Shown here piece after piece: positions 15,991 to 25,900 of a DNA stretch of 41,500 nt. The translations under genes and the position numbers were made by a program. Positions within the stretch are counted from its first letter, which is position 1; each line of letters starts with the position of its first letter. The stretch covers positions 1 to 41,500 of the IMG/VR virus record IMGVR_UViG_3300030095_006592; one strand, written 5' to 3'. The DNA comes from a virus. Lineage: Duplodnaviria; Caudoviricetes. The notes beneath the pieces are model-generated. The model did no database searches. It was not told the origin of the DNA and saw only the letters and a program-made list of their open reading frames with translations.

Positions 15991-16212
15991 CTATTTACGG
16001 AATAAACCCACCAACACCAATAAGGCAACAAGCCCTGCAAATCCGGACTGGCCGAATTGGTTTACAATTGATGTCAGGTTACCAATAACATTAACGCCAA
16101 AGACACCAGTTCCAAAAATTACTTCTGAAATTGCGCCTATAGCTATAAAAGACATCATCAGATGAGCTAGGTCATCGATGTAGCCTTTTACCATTGTTAT
16201 TATTTCCTTCAT
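15991..16212 (-). CDS. small two-helix membrane protein (73 aa)
   Basis: AGGAG RBS on the minus strand; MKEIITMVKGYIDD...GVNVIGNLTSIV..FG.SGFAGLVALLVL. Confidence 0.8.
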   Translation of the reverse strand: MKEIITMVKGYIDDLAHLMMSFIAIGAISEVIFGTGVFGVNVIGNLTSIVNQFGQSGFAGLVALLVLVGLFRK

Positions 16213-16257
16213 GTTTAGTCTCCTATTAGTTATTAAAAAAGGGATTTTCACCCTATA

Positions 16258-16306
16258 TATAAATATAATATATATTTGTCAAAAGTTAAGAATGTAGATA
16301 TTTATA
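16258..16306. promoter_or_regulatory. divergent pair of TATTTATA motifs
   Basis: Minus-strand copy at 16258-16265 faces the 16212 gene; plus-strand copy at 16299-16306 faces the 16342 operon. Confidence 0.6.
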
Positions 16307-16341
16307 TATGTAACTATTCCCTAATTAATAAGAGGTAAATA

Positions 16342-16734
16342 ATGGCTAGCGATTTTGAAGTGTTTGAGGGTAAGTCATTATCGGACTTATTCAAAGACAT
16401 ATACGATAATACAAAAACAAATAAAAAACAATTAGAAGTTCTTATGAAAGAGGTAACATCATTTATTAAGGATGGCGATACCGCTGTGCAGATTATTCCT
16501 ATGCTCAAAGAGTATTTAGAAATCAATGTAAAGAATGACGATCAATTGGTAAAGGTGGCTGGTATAGTACAACGTATGGTTGCTAATGAGTCTAAAGCAA
16601 ATGATAGTTCGGAATTTGGTTTGAGTGATGCGGAGAAGGAACAGTTAATGTCCGCTGTTGAGGATGTAGCTAACGATGCACAAAAGTATTCAGATAAAAT
16701 TACTAAAGAGTCGGATAATCTATTTGAGGAATAA
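16342..16734 (+). CDS. conserved phage protein heading the baseplate operon
   Basis: GAGG RBS; helical 130-aa ORF. Confidence 0.8.
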   Translation: MASDFEVFEGKSLSDLFKDIYDNTKTNKKQLEVLMKEVTSFIKDGDTAVQIIPMLKEYLEINVKNDDQLVKVAGIVQRMVANESKANDSSEFGLSDAEKEQLMSAVEDVANDAQKYSDKITKESDNLFEE

Positions 16735-16736
16735 TT

Positions 16737-18038
16737 ATGGAACCCGGATATAGAAAAAATACTAAATTTATAATTTCTGATAGAAGCAGTACGGGATTTA
16801 TTAATAAAAATGAAGCTTTAGATTTAATATTACAACATGCTAACTCAGATGAATTTTATGAGATAGAACCAGCAATAGTTAAAAAAGTTTATTTAGATCC
16901 CGAATCCGATGGATTTCCTACTATTTCTAAAGGTAATAATATAATTCCTAATTTAAAACTTTTAGGTTCTATAAGAGTTAGCTTACTACACTCACAATCA
17001 GGTGGAGAAACTTTGAATGAATATATTAGGCCTATTTCTCCACATATAGTTCAATATCCATTGAAAGGAGAAATTGTAAATGTTGCTAATTATGGTGGCA
17101 ACCTTTACTATTATAATCCATTAAATCTTAAAAGTAAAGTAAATATGAATAGAATTGATGGTTTAGCTGGTGAGGGGAAGGTTTTTCCTGAATTGACAAA
17201 GTATAATAGACCTGTTTTATCAGAACAAGGAGACACTTTAATTCAAGGTAGATTTGGTCAATCATTACATTTTGGAAGTGATATAAATTTTACAAAACCA
17301 TTTTTAAAACTAACTGTCGGGCAGGGTAGAAATGAAGCTCTTGTAAACGCAAAAGCAGATGATATTAATTATCCACACATAACCGAAATAAATTCAGATG
17401 AAGCTAGTATTCATATAACAACCAACGAACATGTACCTTTAAAAACTGCTGCTAAAAGTAAAATGAAAACTGCTAAATTAGGAGGAGCTCAACACTCCGT
17501 TATAGCTATGAATTCAGATTCTATAGCTATAAATGCAAAAGATGGCCATATTCACTCTCACGCAAAACAGAATATTAATATAGCAGCCGGTTCTAGTATA
17601 AATTTAGAAACAGAATTTGGAGAGATAAAATTAGGTGATGTAGACACTAATAATCCGGTAGTTAAAGGTCATGAGTTGAGAGATTTTTTAACAGACTTTG
17701 TTGGTGCTATAGAAAATTATGTTGATGCGATGAAAGTAGCAGAGAAACCTGATGACAAAATTCTAGCATCGGATAATTTACTACAAGACATATCAGATTT
17801 AAAGGATGATTTAGGTCAAAGTGCTATATTTTTTAGTAAAAAAGTTTTTGTTATGAACGATCATAATCCGCCGAACATTAATGCTGAGGGAACTGATAAT
17901 GCTATATCGAATGGCGGCGGTGATGATTTAGATTTAGAAAGTATGTGGGATGATGTGAGTTGGAATGAAATTCAAAATGTCGAAACCGAAGAATATGAAG
18001 TTGAAAAAATAACACCAACAGCAGGAGTAAGGGGATAA
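16737..18038 (+). CDS. baseplate hub/spike protein (gp5/gpV-like)
   Basis: OB-like P......YPLKGEIV, GDTLIQGRFGQSLHFG, beta-repeat segment, IKLG...PVVKG; upstream of gp25. Confidence 0.6.
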   Translation: MEPGYRKNTKFIISDRSSTGFINKNEALDLILQHANSDEFYEIEPAIVKKVYLDPESDGFPTISKGNNIIPNLKLLGSIRVSLLHSQSGGETLNEYIRPISPHIVQYPLKGEIVNVANYGGNLYYYNPLNLKSKVNMNRIDGLAGEGKVFPELTKYNRPVLSEQGDTLIQGRFGQSLHFGSDINFTKPFLKLTVGQGRNEALVNAKADDINYPHITEINSDEASIHITTNEHVPLKTAAKSKMKTAKLGGAQHSVIAMNSDSIAINAKDGHIHSHAKQNINIAAGSSINLETEFGEIKLGDVDTNNPVVKGHELRDFLTDFVGAIENYVDAMKVAEKPDDKILASDNLLQDISDLKDDLGQSAIFFSKKVFVMNDHNPPNINAEGTDNAISNGGGDDLDLESMWDDVSWNEIQNVETEEYEVEKITPTAGVRG

Positions 18039-18547
18039 TGGGATTAGGTAAAGTTGTTAGAGATTTAATAAATGATAAAATAAATGCTCCAGTAAATTCG
18101 CAAAAGAATGAGGTAAAAAAAGTAGTGCAATCTATTAGAGAGGGGGGCGATTCAACTGATGTGGACAAAGCTAGAGATACATTAGAAAAGATAAACAAAT
18201 TAGAAGAAGTTCAAGTGCAATTTGAAAATTATTTTAATCAAGCTAAAAGTTTAATATCAGCCTCCACAGCTTTACAAAAAACTGCTCAGGCTTTAAAAGA
18301 AGCTAATAGCATAGGATCCGCTCTAAATCCCGCAGCCGCAGCCATAGCTATAGTGCAAGAAAAATTAGTAGCTAAATTTAAAGAAGAAATAGAAGATGTA
18401 AAAAGTGCGGCAGATAGTATAAAACCAGCACTAAATAAATTAAAAAAATCAATATTTGAAATGAAAGACAAACTAAATCAAGCCTTAAAGAACAAAGAAA
18501 GATCTGATAAGGTAAAGGCTGAAAGAGATGCTCAGCTTGGTAAATAA
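18038..18547 (+). CDS. coiled-coil hypothetical virion-associated protein
   Basis: Helical K/E/A-rich ORF coupled to the upstream gene. Confidence 0.7.
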   Translation: MGLGKVVRDLINDKINAPVNSQKNEVKKVVQSIREGGDSTDVDKARDTLEKINKLEEVQVQFENYFNQAKSLISASTALQKTAQALKEANSIGSALNPAAAAIAIVQEKLVAKFKEEIEDVKSAADSIKPALNKLKKSIFEMKDKLNQALKNKERSDKVKAERDAQLGK

Positions 18548-18559
18548 ATTAAAGTATTA

Positions 18560-18567
18560 TATTTATA
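18560..18567 (+). promoter_or_regulatory. TATTTATA motif, putative late promoter
   Basis: Intergenic, just before the AGGAG RBS of the 18585 gene. Confidence 0.55.
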
Positions 18568-18584
18568 TAAAATAGGAGTTAGGT

Positions 18585-19067
18585 ATGGCAAAAACATCAA
18601 AATTATTATCATTAATAAAAGAAATAGTCAGACAAGAAGTTAAAAAAGAAGTCCAACAGATATTTATTAATGAGGGTATAAAATCTATGGCAAAAAATAT
18701 TTCTCTTAAAGAAGAGAGTGTTATGGAAGTTTTACCTAAAAGAAAACCTATACCAAAAAAAGAAACTCAGTACACTAAAAATCCTATGTTGAATAATATC
18801 CTAAATGAAACTGCTAATGGTAGTGAAATGGAGGAATATCCAACAATGGGTGGTGGAACATTTGATAGTACAAAAATGGCACAAGCTATGGGATATGGTA
18901 ATATGTTGGGTAGTGCTGAAGAAAAAAGAAAAATGGCAGCTATACAAACAGCACAAAAAGTTGGTGCTGATACTTCAAACAAAGCTGTTCAAGATGTAAT
19001 GAGTGATTTAACAAAAGATTATAGGGGAGTAATGAAAGCTTTAGATAAAAAGGATGGTAAAATATAA
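18585..19067 (+). CDS. hypothetical virion-associated protein
   Basis: AGGAG RBS; LIKEIVRQEVKKEV, NPMLN.ILNETA, TKDYRGVMKA. Confidence 0.75.
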   Translation: MAKTSKLLSLIKEIVRQEVKKEVQQIFINEGIKSMAKNISLKEESVMEVLPKRKPIPKKETQYTKNPMLNNILNETANGSEMEEYPTMGGGTFDSTKMAQAMGYGNMLGSAEEKRKMAAIQTAQKVGADTSNKAVQDVMSDLTKDYRGVMKALDKKDGKI

Positions 19068-19516
19068 TGGCTTCGAGAATAGAAAAAGATTTAAATCCTG
19101 ATGTTTTTATTGGTATATCATTACCATTAAATTATAATAGTCAAGGATTTTTTAAAAAAACAAAAACTACTTTAGAGCAGACTAAAAGTAATATTAAAAA
19201 TCTTTTAATGACTATGAAAGGAGAAAGGTTAGGCAATCCTACATTTGGTAGCGATTTGATGAGAATCCTTTTTGAACCAAATACAGAGGATTTACAATCA
19301 AAAATAGAGGAATCTATTAGATCTTCTATGGATGAATTTTTACCATTTGTAAATGTTAAGGATATAAAAGCTATTCCATCAAATAGACAGCCAAATGTTC
19401 TAAATATAAGACTACAATTTTCTATAAATGTAGATCAGACTGTAGAAACTGTAAGCTTAGATTTAGCGGCTGCCGATGAAATTTACGCTGATCCTACTAT
19501 TACAGAGGGCACATAA
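19067..19516 (+). CDS. baseplate wedge protein gp25-like (GPW/gp25)
   Basis: KSNIKNLLMT.KGERL.NPTFGSDL...LFEP...IR.S...FLPFV.V. Confidence 0.9.
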   Translation: MASRIEKDLNPDVFIGISLPLNYNSQGFFKKTKTTLEQTKSNIKNLLMTMKGERLGNPTFGSDLMRILFEPNTEDLQSKIEESIRSSMDEFLPFVNVKDIKAIPSNRQPNVLNIRLQFSINVDQTVETVSLDLAAADEIYADPTITEGT

Positions 19517-19527
19517 CGGAGAAAATA

Positions 19528-21513
19528 ATGCCGTATTCAGTTTCTAAAAAATCAGTAAAGGAAGTTAGATATTTAAATAAAGATTTTTCTTCATTTAAAG
19601 CTAATCTAATTGAATTTGCTAAAGTATATTTTCCAAATACATATAATGATTTTAATGAGGCATCACCTGGTATGATGTTTATTGAGATGGCATCTTATGT
19701 AGGTGACGTTTTATCTTATTACATAGATAATCAATTTAAGGAAAGTTTATTATCTTTTGCTGAAGAAAAAAGAACTGTGTATAATATGGCACAGTCCTTT
19801 GGTTATACACCAAGATTAGCTTCACCATCATTGGGAAGATTAGATGTTTTTCAAACTGTTCCCGCTATAGCATCAGGAACAGGCGGTAGTTACACAACTA
19901 AAGCTGATTTATCATATGCTATGAAATTAAATGCGGGTATGCGAATATCATCTAATAGTGGGATAAACTTTAGAACTGTGGATGATGTTAATTTTAAATT
20001 TTCAAGCTCATATGACTCAATGAGAATAAGTGTATATGAGAGTGCTGCTAATGTTCCTATAACATATTTATTAAAAAAATCTGTAAAAATAGAGAGCGGT
20101 GAAACAGCAACGGAACGCTTTTCATTTGGGGATGCAGAAAAGTTTTCTAGAATTGCATTAGCCAATTCAAATGTAACTGAAATAATTTCTTGTACAGATG
20201 ATGATGGTAATAATTGGTATGAGGTTGATTATTTAGCTCAAGATAGTGTATTCCAAGATATGGAAAATACACCAGATAATGATCCAGATTTAGCAACTTT
20301 TTCAGATCAGTCTCCGTATTTATTAAAATTATTAAAAACCTCAAGAAGATTTACAACCTTTATACGAACTGATAATAGAACAGAATTAAGATTTGGCGCA
20401 GGCATATCAGATTCTCCTGATGAGGAGATAGTTCCTAATCCGGATTCCGTTGGTTCTACTCTACCCGGTTCCCCTACATATCTCAATACAGCTTTTGATC
20501 CCGCTAACTTTTTAAAAACAAGAACATATGGTCAAGCGCCGTCTAATACAACATTGGTAATTACTTATAGATATGGGGGCGGTGTAGATCATAATGTGAC
20601 AGCAAACTCAGTTAAAAATATAACTTCTTTAACTAGAGTTTTAAATGAAACTGGATTAAATGCGGGTTTAGTTTCTACAACAAAAAGTTCATTGACAGTT
20701 TCAAATCCAAATCCAACATCGGGTGGTAGAGGAGCAGAGAGTGTTATTGAGGTTAAAGAAAATACTTTAGGATATTTTCAAGCCCAACAAAGAGCTGTGA
20801 CGAAAGAGGATTATATTACCAGAGTTTATGCTTTACCTCCAAAATATGGTAACATAGCAAAAGCTTATATAGTTCAAGATTCACAAATAGATCCTGAAGC
20901 AAGCATAGCTGATGCAAGCGCTGGTAAAATTTTTAATCCGTTAGCTATGAATTTGTATTTGTTAGGATTTAATGCTTCTAAAAAATTAATGAAAGTTAAT
21001 CAAGCGGTTAAGGAAAATGTTCAAACATACTTAACTCAATTTAGAATGATTACTGATGCTATAAATATAAAGGATGCATTTGTTATTAATATAGGTGTTA
21101 AATTTAATTTAATAACAAGAGCAGGATATAATAAAGAACAGGTAGTTTTACAAGCTATAGATATTGTAAAAGATTATTTTGAAATAGATAAGTGGCAGAT
21201 AGGACAACCAATTGTGTTATCCGATTTAGCTTATCAGATATCATTGGTTGATGGTGTAACTGCTGTGGTGTCTCCTGAGGATCCGGAAGAGGATTCAAGC
21301 ACAAATAACAGACCACCTATTCAAATTGTAAATAAATTTAATACAGGAAATGGTTACTCAGGTAATCTTTATGATATAAAAACCGCTACAGTAGAGGGTG
21401 TTGTTTATCCATCAGCTGATCCAAGCTGCTTTGAACTTAAATTTCCTACAGTTGATATTGAGGGAAAGGTTGTTGGGGATTCTATGGGCGGTGCTAATGG
21501 AGGATCTTACTAA
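19528..21513 (+). CDS. baseplate wedge protein gp6-like (baseplate J family)
   Basis: YL.KDF..FK.NLI, DFNEASPG.MFIE..SYVGDVLSYY.D, GGRGAES..E, QQRAVTKEDY. Confidence 0.9.
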   Translation: MPYSVSKKSVKEVRYLNKDFSSFKANLIEFAKVYFPNTYNDFNEASPGMMFIEMASYVGDVLSYYIDNQFKESLLSFAEEKRTVYNMAQSFGYTPRLASPSLGRLDVFQTVPAIASGTGGSYTTKADLSYAMKLNAGMRISSNSGINFRTVDDVNFKFSSSYDSMRISVYESAANVPITYLLKKSVKIESGETATERFSFGDAEKFSRIALANSNVTEIISCTDDDGNNWYEVDYLAQDSVFQDMENTPDNDPDLATFSDQSPYLLKLLKTSRRFTTFIRTDNRTELRFGAGISDSPDEEIVPNPDSVGSTLPGSPTYLNTAFDPANFLKTRTYGQAPSNTTLVITYRYGGGVDHNVTANSVKNITSLTRVLNETGLNAGLVSTTKSSLTVSNPNPTSGGRGAESVIEVKENTLGYFQAQQRAVTKEDYITRVYALPPKYGNIAKAYIVQDSQIDPEASIADASAGKIFNPLAMNLYLLGFNASKKLMKVNQAVKENVQTYLTQFRMITDAINIKDAFVINIGVKFNLITRAGYNKEQVVLQAIDIVKDYFEIDKWQIGQPIVLSDLAYQISLVDGVTAVVSPEDPEEDSSTNNRPPIQIVNKFNTGNGYSGNLYDIKTATVEGVVYPSADPSCFELKFPTVDIEGKVVGDSMGGANGGSY

Positions 21514-22652
21514 TGCATTATTTTATTTTTCCCGACACCGACACAACTTTATATTCCGCTTCAAGTAGTAAAAATTCAGGTTTAGATGAAATTTTAGAAA
21601 TAAGAAAAGACCAAAAACGCAGAGGTGAATTTATGGGCGCCTCACGTATTCTTATGAAATTTGATTTATCATATATTTCACAATCTATAGTTCGTGGTTT
21701 AATAACCAATCCTAAATATTATTTAAATTTATATGACGCAAATTCAGTCGAACTTTCATATAGCCAATCTATATATGCTTATCCTGTAAGTCAGAGCTGG
21801 GTTAGTGGTGAAGGATTTAGTTCTGATGATCCTATAACAAGTGAAGGTGCTAGTTGGGATTTTAGAACAGGAGCTAATGAGAATGATATTTGGCTTAGTG
21901 GTTCGGTATCATATCAGAGAGGTGGAACTTTTTTTGGTGAGGTATATGCTTCACAATCTTTTGAATATAAAACATCTGATATGAGAATGGATGTTACTCC
22001 TATAGTAAATAAATGGTTTGATGGAACTTATCCGAATCAGGGATTTTTACTAAAAAGAAGTGGTAGTATAGGATTAAGTCCAACCATAAGTGGATCGGGA
22101 GAAGAGGGAGATTCGACAAGAAGAGGAAACTTTGCTTTCTTTTCCAGCCAAACAAATACTATTTATCCGCCTAAATTAGAGGTTGAGTGGTATGATACAA
22201 AATGGAATACAGGTAGTTTAGAAGCACTATCATCAACGGAGTTGGAAGATTTAACATTTTATATGAAAAATCTAAGAAGTGAGTATAAAGAAACATCTAA
22301 AATTAAATTTAGAGTAGTTGGAAAGGGTAGATATCCAACAAAGTCTTACTCAAATACCGCTTCAGAGTATTTAACAGTTAAATACTTACCAAGCGGTAGT
22401 ATCACAAACATAGGTGGAGATGGTGTTTACTACTCTGTAAAGGATTCGGACACCGGTGAGGTTATAGTACCATTTGGATCCGGTTCATTAGTGAGTTGTG
22501 ATTCTACAGGTAACTACTTTAATCTTTGGTTAAACGCTTTTCAATCGGAAAGGTTTTATGATTTTGAATTTAAAGTGATTAGTGGAAGTAATACTGATGA
22601 AGAAACTATTCAGTATTTTGATGATGGATTTACATTTAAAGTTGTTAAATAG
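21513..22652 (+). CDS. virion structural protein (DNRLRE-like beta domain)
   Basis: DTTLYS...N.G.DEILEI...SRILMKFDL, DVTPIV.KW, N.GFLLK, PPKLEV.W. Confidence 0.6.
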   Translation: MHYFIFPDTDTTLYSASSSKNSGLDEILEIRKDQKRRGEFMGASRILMKFDLSYISQSIVRGLITNPKYYLNLYDANSVELSYSQSIYAYPVSQSWVSGEGFSSDDPITSEGASWDFRTGANENDIWLSGSVSYQRGGTFFGEVYASQSFEYKTSDMRMDVTPIVNKWFDGTYPNQGFLLKRSGSIGLSPTISGSGEEGDSTRRGNFAFFSSQTNTIYPPKLEVEWYDTKWNTGSLEALSSTELEDLTFYMKNLRSEYKETSKIKFRVVGKGRYPTKSYSNTASEYLTVKYLPSGSITNIGGDGVYYSVKDSDTGEVIVPFGSGSLVSCDSTGNYFNLWLNAFQSERFYDFEFKVISGSNTDEETIQYFDDGFTFKVVK

Positions 22653-22654
22653 AA

Positions 22655-22960
22655 ATGCCGTATACACCAGAAGAATTACAAGAATTATCTTTTTATCAAA
22701 ATTTAGTTGATGAGGAAGAACAAAAATACTTAGTAGAAAGAGAAAGATTGCAGGGATTAGTAGGAATTTCAGGATCTGCTTATGATGGAGGCTTGCTAGT
22801 TAGAGGACCAGGAGGTGTAATAAGACTTTTTGAAGATCCTTATACAGGTGAATTATATGATGATGAAACTACAACTCTTTTTGTTACTAGAGATGTGGAT
22901 AGGCTAAAAGATGATGATTCAATAAATAAAGTAATAAATAGAGATATATTAGAACTATAA
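22655..22960 (+). CDS. hypothetical structural-module protein
   Basis: 101-aa acidic ORF coupled to the next gene. Confidence 0.7.
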   Translation: MPYTPEELQELSFYQNLVDEEEQKYLVERERLQGLVGISGSAYDGGLLVRGPGGVIRLFEDPYTGELYDDETTTLFVTRDVDRLKDDDSINKVINRDILEL

Positions 22961-25900
22961 TGTCAAGTCAATTAAAAATAGAAGATAAAGATAAAATACT
23001 AAGAGGTATTATAAAAAAAGTTGGTGATAAACCTTATGAAAATGGTTATTGGGGTGAACAGCCTTCAAGAGATATTGTTTTAGTAGAATTATACGATCAA
23101 AATAATAATTTAATAGATTATAAAAATTTAACATTTGGAGAATCATTAGCTACAATTGAAAATGATTATGTAGCATTAAAACCTGGTTTACATTTAAAAT
23201 TGTTTGGTTATGATTCAGGTAAATTTAATATAAGATACAGATTTTTAAGAAATTTAGCTGGAAACGATAACCCAATTTTAATATACGGCAGCTCCGCTGA
23301 AGGTACAATGGAAAATGTGGTTTACCCACTAATAGATCAATCTGATTATGATAACCTTTTTATTGACGCAGATGGTAAAATATTTACATCATCTCAACGC
23401 ACCCAACAATTATTGCTTACAAATTATATGTATGATATTGATAAAATTTCATCTTCTAGAACTGAGGTTAGATTAAAAGCTAAAAAGATTGATGATTTTG
23501 CTGAATTATTTAATTTTGAGAGGGTGCCTGGATACAGATATGTAGATGATTTTGTAAAATTACAAGAGAGTGTAAAAAAGGATATTATTGAAACTCCTAT
23601 AGAATTTATTGGACAAGAGGTAACTGATTTTACAAATGCAGGACCAACAGATCCACCGACAATAACTTATGTTTATAATACTTCAAACACAATACAAATA
23701 ACACCTCAAGAAAACGGATTAGTGTTTACACCAAATATGATTGGTGGAACTATAAACATACCTAATTTCTTTTTTTATAAAAATATAACAGAGCAGGTTA
23801 AAACACAAACTAATATTTTTAATAATCCTGGATTTGAAGATATTGAAATAGATGCTAATACAGGACAACCAACAATTATAAATACCGGTTGGGATTCAAG
23901 CATACACAATGATGCTATAAAAGTAAATAACTGGACTAGTGGATTTAATTCTTTTGATGAAGGAGAATTTGCTGGAAGCACAGGGATTGGATATCATGCA
24001 AAGTTTGTAAGAAATGAAGGTAAGAGTGGTGGTAACTGTATAAAATTTATAGATCAAAATGAGGTATATATTGATTATGATAGCTGGCCCTCTTTAAGCG
24101 GACATAGAGAATTATCTGTAAAACAACAAATGTTAGAATTACAATCTTTAGGTCCTTCATTAGGAGATGTAATAAACATTACATTTGATATGAAAAGCAC
24201 CGTGGTGGGAAAGGGTGTAGAGATAGAAATTCAGTATCCTAATGATATATTTGTAGAGGAAGTTCCATCTTCACCGCCTCCTGGATATTATGATCCTAAT
24301 AATCCTGGACCTACGGAGGAAATACCAGACACTCCACCGGATGGGTATATAGCTAATACCGATTCTAATGCTACTAATGTAGAGGCTAAACCACCACAGT
24401 ATGCAGCAAATATAATGTCAACATATGGATTACCATCATTTAACGGACAGATTGGTGATGATACAGAAGAACTTTGGAATGGAGCCGGAGCTTGGAAAAT
24501 AACAGACGTACTATCTTCTCCTACCAGATATGTTTGGAGTCCAAATTTAGGAGTGAATTATACACAGGCTGGTACTTTAAGTACAGCACAAGATTGGATT
24601 TGGAACGTATCAGGACCTGATGGTGCTTGGGGAGAAAATAATCCTAGTTCACCTGAAGCATTGGCTGGAACTGTAAATTCAGGTGAGTTTCCAACTGCAG
24701 TTAATGGAAGCCCATATCAATTTTTTGGACAAGGAACTCCAAAGTTTTCTAGGGATATATTTCCAGGGGAAAACACCGGATGGCAAACAGGAACAGTTGT
24801 TGGGAGTAATGGATTAATATTACTGAAAGATGATTTAATATGGGAGTTAGATGAGCCTGAGTATACAACTAATGCTAGTAAGGTAACCTTACATAAGTTT
24901 GCTGATTATTTTCCAGGAACATTAACCTTTATAATGCCTAATGGTAAAACCTTATATGAGGATATATTTGAAAATGGATACATACAGAGCATAACGAGAA
25001 CTAAAGAAACCGGCGGCGGTAGCGGTAATATGGGAATACGAGACGATTGGTTTGTAGTATTTTACTCTGATGGTTCTGGTGAATTTAATCAAAATAAAGG
25101 ATTTTTAGCTAAAAAGGGAGAGAATGTTATAGGTAGTGGTTATGGTGATAATGCGGGTGTTAAGGTTATGGCTGAGATTGACGGTAACTTTAATAATGTT
25201 GTGAATGAAAATGGTGGAAAGTTTGAAACCTGTTTTGCTAGAAGAACCTCAGGAGATTATGATAACAAATGGCAACATTACTTTTCTGTTCCAGGTAGCG
25301 GCATAATATTTAGAATGACGGATGGTGATGGTGACTTTTTTGAATTAGCACAGGGTGGAGAATTTTTTGACGATTTAACCGATAACAGTTTTGCTAACGC
25401 TTTCGGTGGTGGTGAATTGCCTGGTGAGTGGGAAGTTGCTTTTTCTAAAAATAGAAGTAGTGGTCATTGGTCAAACTATAGGTGTATAATAGAGAATCAA
25501 GTTTATAATATGAAAAGTAATGCTGGTGAAGGTATTTCAGAAACATTAAATATTGGTGCTTTTGCTTATGGTGCTGGACAATTTGGTACAGATGGTGCAG
25601 AGATAACATTTGGTAGTAGAAATCCAGCGGCTGCTAATTTTGGTATATTAGATGATGTAACAGATAGTGGTTTTAAAGAAGATGGTGAGGGTAATAGGAT
25701 AGAACCATTGTATGATGATGGTAGTTCTGAGTTTAACTTTCCAACAGCCACCCTTTTAGATGGATTTTTAAGTCCAGCCGAACAATGGAAATGGGATGGT
25801 GGTTTGGCTGAATGGGTTTCGATAGAGGGTGCCCCAGCTTATAATTACGAATCAACCACTCAACAAGTATACGCAACAAATGCTGGTCAATGGGCAAAAA

